Below are positions 58,501 through 64,000 of a DNA stretch of 64,000 nucleotides, piece by piece. A program made the translations under genes and the position numbers. The number at the start of each line of letters is the position of its first letter. Positions within the stretch are counted from its first letter, which is position 1. Where the stretch lies: contig CAVXIB010000010.1 of the NCBI GenBank assembly GCA_963761695.1, positions 69,559-133,558 on the forward strand, written 5' to 3'. This stretch comes from an uncultured Actinomycetota bacterium. Lineage in GTDB: Bacteria; Actinomycetota; Actinomycetes; Mycobacteriales; SCTD01. Below the pieces are notes generated by a model. It was not told the origin of the DNA, did no database searches, and saw only the letters and a list, made by a program, of their open reading frames with translations.

Positions 58501-60158
58501 CGAGCCTGCTGCCGACCGTCGGCGTGACACCCGCCTCGGTCCTGCGGCCACCGACCGACGTCCCGCCGGCAGCACCGGCCCAGCCCGGGAGTCGGCCGGT
58601 CGGCCAGCTGCCGTCCTCGCGCGCTGCGGTCAGTGCCGCCCTGCCGCACGCGCCGCAGCCGCCCCTGACCGACCGCGCCGCCGCACGCGAACCGGACTCC
58701 CGACCGCAGGCCCCACCGCCGCAGCCCGCCCGCGCCCTCGACGACGTCGCGCCCGGCGAGCCCGCCACGAGCCGACGGGCGACGGCACTCCCCTCGCCGG
58801 TCGACGGTGTCCGCCCGCTCGTCGGCACCCGTGAGGTAGCAGCACCACGGAGCGGCGAAGAGGTGGTCCCGTCGGACCGCAGCGCCGCGACGACGTCGGC
58901 CCAGCCCCTCCCGGGAGCAGCCGCGGCGCCGGGCGCCCACCACGACCTGGCGGGAGCCACCGACGCTCCCCGACCGGCAGCCGCCCGACCCTCGGCGCCT
59001 GCCCTGCAGGCTCCCGGCGCCCGCAACGACAACGACAACGGCACGTCTGCGGTCGCCGCACCGACTGCGCGTCCACTCGCCGGGCGGCCCCGGACGCGCC
59101 TCGGCGCACCCCTCACCGAGGCCGGCGCGCGCCCGTCGCCCTCGTCCGACCCTGCCCACCCCCGGACCCTCCTGCCGCCGACCGGCCAGGGAGCGCTCCC
59201 TGCAGACGCCGACCAGGCGGCCCGCCCGGTGTCGACCGTCCCGAACCGGGACGACGCCGTCCGGTCCCCCACCGCCCTGCAGCCCGCCCGGGCAGGAGTG
59301 CCCTACGAGGTGCGCCCCTCCAGCCTGGCAGGGCCCACGCAGGACCCTGGCTCCGGGCCGGCCGCCGAGCAGCGGGCCGTCGAGCGGGCGGTCCAGACGG
59401 TGGAGCGGCGCACCGGCCGGCCGCTGCCCCCGGTGCTGCTGGACCGGAGCACGGCGAGCGCTGCGGCCCTGCGCCCGGCGTCCGCCCTCGCCGCCGCCAC
59501 CGGTCAGCGGGTCGTGCTCCCCCTCGCGGCCGGCCCGCTCACCGGTCCACGCGCCGCCGGGCTGCTCGCCCACGAGCTCACGCACCTCGCGCAGCAGGCG
59601 GCCGGGCGCCTGGAGGCGACCCCGGAACAGGACGAGCAGCAGGCCCGGTCGGCCGAGGCTGCCGCCGGGGGTCGGCCGGCGACTCGCGTGCTCACCGCCA
59701 CCCGTCCGGCGGCGGACCGCAGCCCTGCGCCTACTCCTGCCCTGCCGCACCAGCAGGGACGTGAGACGGAGCACGAGGGCGGTGACGCCGGATCACCGGT
59801 GCGCCGCGCCGCGGCCGTCGCTGCCCAGCTGGAGCGGGCGACGCGCGCACCGGCACCAGCCGCAACCCGTGCACCAGCACCCGCACCAGCACCCGCACCA
59901 GCACCCGCACCCGCACCTGCACCCGCACCCGCACCCGCGGCCGCGCCCGTGCAGCTCGCCGAGTCCGACACCTCCCGGCGACCGGCCGCGCCGTCCTCAC
60001 CGGCACCAGCCGCGCCGGTCGACCCCCTGGCCGCCCTCACTCCCGCCTCCCTCGACCACCTCGCGGCCCGCCTCTACGGACGACTGCGCAGCCAGCTCCG
60101 CAGCGAGCTGCTCGCCGACCGCGACCGCACCTCCGACCTCGCCGACCTGTGGACCTGA
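55515..60158 (+). CDS. Giant Pro/Ala-rich protein with internal DUF4157 (HExxH) domain in the tape-measure position; middle ~1 kb reads better in another frame
   Basis: GTG 55515 follows GGAGG. The DUF4157-like core is ...VERRTGRPLPPVLLDRS...GQRVVLPL...LLAHELTHLAQQ. The conserved-looking C-terminus is LDHLAARLYGRLRSQLRSELLADRDRTSDLADLW. Between about 55780 and 56810, frame +1 has higher GC3 and natural sequence. Confidence 0.65.
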   Translation: MGRLRDALRGRSTSVLLAGAGSQAALPSVPGEAGSAVPPAVLTTAAPRARQASVRAAWRDAAPLVPLLAQPLAWEAGAGFTRSLATAPHPAACSGPARPRAAPGCPARSARRRREVARAGPGPRRAAPAASACRPRRRHCTPRHRIRRHRIRRHRADQRRAARTCPHRRPAAAPGPAAAGDAVTDRRRACRPRPGRAGARRRTGEPRRRACSSSPRRTRGRGGAGAAAAVGCPSPVPHPFHCRCYCRCRCHCYGRCYCRCRCRCRCRCHCRCRCRCRCRTDGARRPRDAADGPPPAQRRGRAAPGRRAGRRGGTAPRERTREPARPGPTSPGRTAAALTGRDPRRQPHGPGRGDHGATAAGPGSRPDGATRGARGAAARRSWSRVCDPRRPVAPSSCRRDPSSTGSGAQSAGGTPARSDAAVTCTCDCGCGCLLLPLTPTPTATADPQTAATNGPSTVAHQVPTRTPAAPDPATLPQRPPGEGPPPAEAVPVPSGTHPPPTPTPTSSSSISPVERSPLAPARGVSGPVTADEAHPTSLMTAPPVEPGHEGLLPLAASTPLTPAGLTVPHEVGPPSADGLVDLPPARGARAGSPEALPGGPGASGTSVPSSLPGAGPTAMPVGPAVGLPPSASARPTPGGADPAGPAATRPDPAGPVLPLTGAGPTAPAAPPLSTPVPQLPVGEGDPPPAAAGPLTQRAATPPAQPDEPGPRPLSPTSPAALPLTSATPLTVTDLTSRRLSGPASVPAGPPSALLPSPALLPSPAVLPSPAVTRAPHAPVPDSSVPPPAPLSGDGGARPTTIPDLTRASSTGPSAPTFDRHEAGSGPKDRSGVPAQQPLEQSLVTRRPAPAAPASPVTRPSTTPDAGPPAPPAGAPEPVSADGATEPPATARPLVGAERTSTLPSDMDAGHPVPGAGPAALVPADLVPLVLRRPGQQGDQPPAPGPLPADAGGISRGAADRPMAAPGTPPVRTPVTAPAASATPVAPSVQPGPVSMPSLLPTVGVTPASVLRPPTDVPPAAPAQPGSRPVGQLPSSRAAVSAALPHAPQPPLTDRAAAREPDSRPQAPPPQPARALDDVAPGEPATSRRATALPSPVDGVRPLVGTREVAAPRSGEEVVPSDRSAATTSAQPLPGAAAAPGAHHDLAGATDAPRPAAARPSAPALQAPGARNDNDNGTSAVAAPTARPLAGRPRTRLGAPLTEAGARPSPSSDPAHPRTLLPPTGQGALPADADQAARPVSTVPNRDDAVRSPTALQPARAGVPYEVRPSSLAGPTQDPGSGPAAEQRAVERAVQTVERRTGRPLPPVLLDRSTASAAALRPASALAAATGQRVVLPLAAGPLTGPRAAGLLAHELTHLAQQAAGRLEATPEQDEQQARSAEAAAGGRPATRVLTATRPAADRSPAPTPALPHQQGRETEHEGGDAGSPVRRAAAVAAQLERATRAPAPAATRAPAPAPAPAPAPAPAPAPAPAPAAAPVQLAESDTSRRPAAPSSPAPAAPVDPLAALTPASLDHLAARLYGRLRSQLRSELLADRDRTSDLADLWT

Positions 60159-60159
60159 C

Positions 60160-60708
60160 ATGACGATGCCCCAGCAGCGCCCCGCTCCCCCGCCCCCGCC
60201 GCGCCCCACGCTGCCCGCGCCCAAGCCCTTCGGCCGCTACACCAGCGTCCCGCGCCCGACGTCGAGCGACGCGGCCCCGCGGCACATGACGGGCTTCTGG
60301 GTGGTCGTCGACGGCGTCTCCCTGCCGACCTTCACCGAGTGCACCGGCCTGGCCGCCGAGTACGGGGTCGAGCCATGGACCGAGGGCGGCCAGAACGAGT
60401 TCATCCACCAGCTCCCGGGACGGATCTCCTACACACCGGTGAGCCTCACCCGCTACGTCGACGGTGCGAGCGGCGGGCTGGCCGCCTGGTTCAGCAGCGT
60501 CGCCGACATCAGCCAGAAGTACCGCACGGCGCGCATCAGCGCCGTCGACGCCGCCGGCGACCCGGTCGCGCACTGGGACCTCACCGACGTCTTCCCGTCG
60601 AAGTACACCGGGCCCAGCTTCACCGTCGGCGGGACGACCGCCGCCTCCGAGACGCTCGACCTCGTCCACCACGGGTTCGTCTTCGCCTACGACGCGCCGA
60701 GGGGCTGA
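60160..60708 (+). CDS. Second tail tube family protein (gp19/Afp5-like) with Pro-rich N-terminal extension
   Basis: FWVVVDGVSLPTFTECTGLAAEYGVEPWTEGGQNEFIHQLPGRISYTPVSLTRY...HWDLTDVFPSKYTGPSF. An alternative start is the internal ATG before TGFWVVV. Confidence 0.85.
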   Translation: MTMPQQRPAPPPPPRPTLPAPKPFGRYTSVPRPTSSDAAPRHMTGFWVVVDGVSLPTFTECTGLAAEYGVEPWTEGGQNEFIHQLPGRISYTPVSLTRYVDGASGGLAAWFSSVADISQKYRTARISAVDAAGDPVAHWDLTDVFPSKYTGPSFTVGGTTAASETLDLVHHGFVFAYDAPRG

Positions 60709-60709
60709 G

Positions 60710-61384
60710 ATGGCCGCGATCGCCAAGCTCACCCTGCGCCCGAAGACCGGGGGTGGCGCCGCGCTCGAGCTGCCCTACAACCCGGAGTCGCTGACCTTCT
60801 CGGCCAGCGCGACGTTCAACGACGTCCCCGCCGGAGCCGACGTCGCCGGCGTGCAGTTCATGGAGCGCCAGGCCCGGTCGACGTCGGTGACCGCACGTCT
60901 CGACGCCCGGGCCCTGACGCGCAGCGTCGCCGACACGGTGCAGCAGGTGTTCGACTGGCTGGAGCCGACGGAGGAGTCGGTGAAGCGCAACGCGCCGTCG
61001 CCGCCGCTGCTGGACCTGAGCTGGGGCAAGCACTGGTTCGACGTCGTGCTCGAGTCGGCGAGCGCGGAGTTCACCTTGTTCTCCGCCGACGGCGCCCCCA
61101 CCCGCGCGACGGTGATGATGACGCTCAAGGAGGTGCCGCTCAAGGAGAAGCGGCAGAACCCGACGTCGGGGAGCCTCGTGGGCCGCCGCTCGCACCAGGT
61201 GGTCTCGGGCGACAGCCTGCACTCGATCGCCACGGCCGAGTACGGCGACCCGCGGCACTGGCGCGACCTCGCCCTGGCGAACCGCCTGGACGACCCGCTG
61301 GCCCTGCGGCCGGGTACCCGGGTGCTGCTCCCGGACCTCGCCGAGCTGCCCTCCTCGCTGATCCGGACGGTGTCCCCGTGGTGA
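60710..61384 (+). CDS. Tube-initiator-like protein with C-terminal LysM domain (Afp7/Pvc7-like)
   Basis: N-terminal tube-like fold (LELPYNPESLTFSASA...). C-terminal LysM (HQVVSGDSLHSIATAEYGDPRHWRDLALANRLDDPLALRPGTRVLLP). Confidence 0.8.
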   Translation: MAAIAKLTLRPKTGGGAALELPYNPESLTFSASATFNDVPAGADVAGVQFMERQARSTSVTARLDARALTRSVADTVQQVFDWLEPTEESVKRNAPSPPLLDLSWGKHWFDVVLESASAEFTLFSADGAPTRATVMMTLKEVPLKEKRQNPTSGSLVGRRSHQVVSGDSLHSIATAEYGDPRHWRDLALANRLDDPLALRPGTRVLLPDLAELPSSLIRTVSPW

Positions 61385-63090
61385 CCACGGCCGGAACCGA
61401 GCTGGGCCACGAGCCGGTCGTCAAGGTCCTGGGATCGCCGCTGCGCGAGGAGGTCGCGAGCGCCGTCGAGCGGATCGTCGTCGACCTCGCCGTCGGGCTC
61501 CCGGCCAGCGCCACGGTCCACCTGCGCGACCCGGATCTGCGCGCCCTCGGCAACGCCGGGCTCCAGGTCGGGAGCCCCGTGCAGATCGCCCTGAACAGCC
61601 TGGGCGACCCCCGGCACGTCACGCTGTTCGACGGCGAGGTGACGGCTCTGGAGTACGAGTACGACGCCCGGGGCTCGCTGGTGGTCGCGCGCTGCCACGA
61701 CAAGCTCCACCGCCTCACCCGCGGCCGGCGCACCCGCTCGTGGACGCAGACCGACGACGCGAGCGTGGCCCGCGCGGTCCTGTCCGGCGCCGGGCTGCCG
61801 ATCGGGACCGTGGAGGGAGCGACGCTGCGCCACGACCACGTCGCCCAGCTGGACGTGAGCGACTTCGACTTCCTGTCGGCGCGGGCGCGCGAGACGGGCC
61901 GCGTCCTGGTGATGGACGACGGCAAGGCGCACGTCCGGGTCCGCCCGACGACGGCCGGCGGCACACCGGTGGAGCTCGAGGTCGGGCGCGAGCTCGAGCG
62001 CCTGCGGGTGCGGGTGACGAGCGCGGGGCAGGTCAAGGCCGTCACGGTCGACGGCTGGGACCCCGCGACCCAGAAGGCCGTCTCAGGACAGGCGCCGCTG
62101 CAGGGGACGGCCGCGAAGGCGGGGGTCAAGCACGCCTCCCTGGCATCCCGGTTCGGCCCCGCGCCGGCCCACGTCGGCAGCCCCGTGCTGCGGACGGCCG
62201 CGGAGGCGAAGGCGCACGCCGACGGGCTCGCCGTCCGGCTGTCGGACGTGCACGCCGAGGTCGAGGGCGAGTGCGGCGGCGACCCGCGCCTTGTGCCCGG
62301 CGGCGCCGTGAAGATCGTGGGTACGGGCCCGGCCCACGACGGCACCTACGTGCTCAGCCGGGTGCAGCACGTCTCCGACCGGGACGGCTACCGGACGCGG
62401 ATCGAGTGCGCCGGCGGCGAGGACCGCAGCCTGCGCGGGCTGCTGGGGAGCGGACGCCCCGGCGCGCCGACCGGCAGCGGCAACCGTCCCGTACCGGGCG
62501 TGACGGTCGGCGTCGTGACCGACCTGAAGGACCCGACGAGGAAGGGCCGGGTCAAGGTGAAGTTCCCGTGGCTGTCCGGTGAGTACGCCACCGACTGGGC
62601 CCGGGTCGCCGCGCCGGGTGCCGGCAAGGACCGGGGTCTGGCCTGGCTGCCCGAGGTCAACGACGAGGTGCTCGTGGCGTTCGACCACGGCGACACGCGC
62701 ACGCCCTACGTCGTCGGCGGGCTGTGGAGCGCGCGGTCGGCCCCTCCGCTCGCCGCGACCCTCGTCGACGGGACCGGCGCGACGGCCGTCCGGGCGCTGC
62801 GAAGCCGGACCGGGCAGCGCCTGGTGCTGTCGGACGAGACCGGTCGCAGCGGCGCCCTGCTGTCGTCGGGCGACGACAAGATGGTGGTCAGGCTCGACGG
62901 CAGCCAGACCACGGTCACCATCGACAGCAAGGGCAAGGTCGTCGTGTCCGGGAGCCAGGACGTCTCCGTGACCTCGATGTCGCGGCTGCTGCTCGAAGGC
63001 AAGGCGGGCGTCGAGATCAAGGGCGCCACGGTCAAGGTCGACGCGCAGGGGCCGGTGACCGTCAAGGGCGCCGTCATCCAGCTCAACTGA
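61378..63090 (+). CDS. VgrG-like baseplate hub/spike (gpD + gp5 OB-fold + beta-helix)
   Basis: The gpD-like N-terminal half is followed by an OB-fold (GVTVGVVTDLKDPTRKGRVKVKFPWLS...WARVAAPGAGKDRGLAWLPEVNDEVLVAFDHGDTRTPYVVGGLW) and a C-terminal beta-strand repeat region. Confidence 0.9.
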   Translation: MVTTAGTELGHEPVVKVLGSPLREEVASAVERIVVDLAVGLPASATVHLRDPDLRALGNAGLQVGSPVQIALNSLGDPRHVTLFDGEVTALEYEYDARGSLVVARCHDKLHRLTRGRRTRSWTQTDDASVARAVLSGAGLPIGTVEGATLRHDHVAQLDVSDFDFLSARARETGRVLVMDDGKAHVRVRPTTAGGTPVELEVGRELERLRVRVTSAGQVKAVTVDGWDPATQKAVSGQAPLQGTAAKAGVKHASLASRFGPAPAHVGSPVLRTAAEAKAHADGLAVRLSDVHAEVEGECGGDPRLVPGGAVKIVGTGPAHDGTYVLSRVQHVSDRDGYRTRIECAGGEDRSLRGLLGSGRPGAPTGSGNRPVPGVTVGVVTDLKDPTRKGRVKVKFPWLSGEYATDWARVAAPGAGKDRGLAWLPEVNDEVLVAFDHGDTRTPYVVGGLWSARSAPPLAATLVDGTGATAVRALRSRTGQRLVLSDETGRSGALLSSGDDKMVVRLDGSQTTVTIDSKGKVVVSGSQDVSVTSMSRLLLEGKAGVEIKGATVKVDAQGPVTVKGAVIQLN

Positions 63091-63103
63091 GGAGGACGGG
63101 ACC

Positions 63104-63487
63104 GTGGGAACACCTGCCGCCGTCATGGGCGACCGCATCACCGGCATCTGCCCGAACCACCTCATCCCAGGACCGCTGGGGGTGCCGGTCCCGGCCGGCC
63201 CGCTCCCGTTCTCGGCACCGGTCGTCGTCGGTGTCGTGCCGACCGTCCTCATCACCGGCAAGGCGGCGGTCACCGCGACCTGCTCGGGCCTGAACACCCC
63301 GCCGCACGTCGGCCTGCACCCGAGCGACCCGTTCCTCGGCCCGCCCGTGCAGATCGGACGCGTGCTGGTGGGCAGCCCCACGGTGCTCGCGGGCGGGAAG
63401 CCGCTGGCCCGCCTCGGGTCGAGCGTCACCTGCTGCGTCGCACCGGGCGTGCTCGCGGCGTCGGCGTCCACGGTGCTGGTCGCGTGA
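63104..63487 (+). CDS. PAAR-like spike-tip protein
   Basis: A 127-aa protein immediately after the spike gene. AAVMGDRITGIC...VLITGKAAV...VLVGSPTVLAGGKPLARLGSSVTCC is PAAR-like. Confidence 0.75.
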   Translation: MGTPAAVMGDRITGICPNHLIPGPLGVPVPAGPLPFSAPVVVGVVPTVLITGKAAVTATCSGLNTPPHVGLHPSDPFLGPPVQIGRVLVGSPTVLAGGKPLARLGSSVTCCVAPGVLAASASTVLVA

Positions 63488-63897
63488 GCACGCCGCAGAA
63501 CGGCTCGCCCTTCACCGGCCGGGGCTGGGCGTTCCCGCTGCGCACGACGGCGAGCGGCGGCATCGCGCTGGTCGACGGCGACACCGAGATCGCCGAGGCG
63601 ATCCGCCTGGTGCTCGGCACCGCCAAGGGCGAGCGGCCGATGCGACCGGAGTTCGGCTGCGGCATCCACGACCTCGTCTTCGCCCCGACCGACCCCGCCC
63701 TGCTCGGTCAGATCGAGGCCGAGGTGCGGGCCTCGCTGCGCCGCTGGGAACCGCGGATCCTCGTCACCGAGGTGGCCGCCAGCCCGGACGGCGACGACAG
63801 CGGAACCGTCTGGATCACCGTCCGCTACCTGGTGCTCGACACCGACGACCCCCGCAACCTGGTCTTCCCCTTCTACTCACTGCCTCCGGAGGAGTGA
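63484..63897 (+). CDS. GPW/gp25 baseplate wedge protein
   Basis: GRGWAFPL...IALVDGDTEIAEAIRLVLGTAKGERPMRPEFGCGIHDLVF is the canonical gp25 core. Start overlaps the PAAR gene stop by 4 nt (GTGA). Confidence 0.9.
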   Translation: MSTPQNGSPFTGRGWAFPLRTTASGGIALVDGDTEIAEAIRLVLGTAKGERPMRPEFGCGIHDLVFAPTDPALLGQIEAEVRASLRRWEPRILVTEVAASPDGDDSGTVWITVRYLVLDTDDPRNLVFPFYSLPPEE

Positions 63898-63899
63898 AC

Positions 63900-64000
63900 G
63901 TGGCCCTCCCCGCGCCCGACCTCGACGACCGCCGCTTCCAGGACCTCGTCGACGACGCCAAGCGCCTGGTCCAGCAGCGCTGCCCCGAGTGGACCGACCA
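63900..64000 (+). CDS. Baseplate J (gp6)-like protein, first 33 codons only
   Basis: GTG 63900, then VALPAPDLDDRRFQDLVDDAKRLVQQRCPEWTD, the usual N-terminus of CIS baseplate-J-like proteins. Truncated by the window end. Confidence 0.6.
   Translation, partial: MALPAPDLDDRRFQDLVDDAKRLVQQRCPEWTD

Noticed and set aside
56282-59272. 996-codon - strand ORF
   Set aside because: It is antisense to the giant Pro/Ala-rich CIS gene. Its Gly/Arg-rich translation mirrors the Pro/Ala codons.
1-64000. tRNA, rRNA, riboswitch or integrase/transposase genes
   Set aside because: I saw no cloverleaf-like low-GC segment, rRNA-like conserved block or recombinase-like translation on either strand. An eye scan cannot exclude small ncRNAs.

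Overview
Very GC-rich actinobacterial chromosomal segment. Third codon positions are almost all G/C, and ATGA/GTGA start-stop overlaps are common.

- **1-38 kb, mostly housekeeping.** Cytochrome c maturation genes (ccsB-resB-ccdA-thioredoxin), hemL, and the rex-hemA-hemC-cobA/hemD-hemB operon with a recognisable Rex operator. Also a class A PBP, ECF sigma factors with partner proteins, two LPXTG surface proteins, transporters and regulators. A DUF222/HNH selfish gene and a repeat-filled intergenic region interrupt this block.
- **39.3-44.6 kb.** Two paralogous secreted collagen-like (Gly-X-Y) proteins are translationally coupled to a histidine kinase and a LuxR-type response regulator.
- **47.1 kb to window end.** A phage-tail-like contractile injection system (CIS): sheath, two tube paralogues, a tail-assembly pair, a giant Pro/Ala-rich DUF4157 protein, a LysM tube-initiator-like protein, a VgrG-like spike, PAAR, gp25 and the start of baseplate J. 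An oppositely oriented module encodes an AAA+ ATPase, a YbjN-like protein and a DUF4157 / PI3-PI4-kinase-like cargo candidate.
- **Frame disruptions.** About ten single-base frame disruptions hit otherwise conserved genes, including hemA. This looks more like assembly indel error than biology and affects every pseudogene call here.

I recognised no rRNA, tRNA or CRISPR array. All family assignments come from reading the translations by eye; no database search was run.
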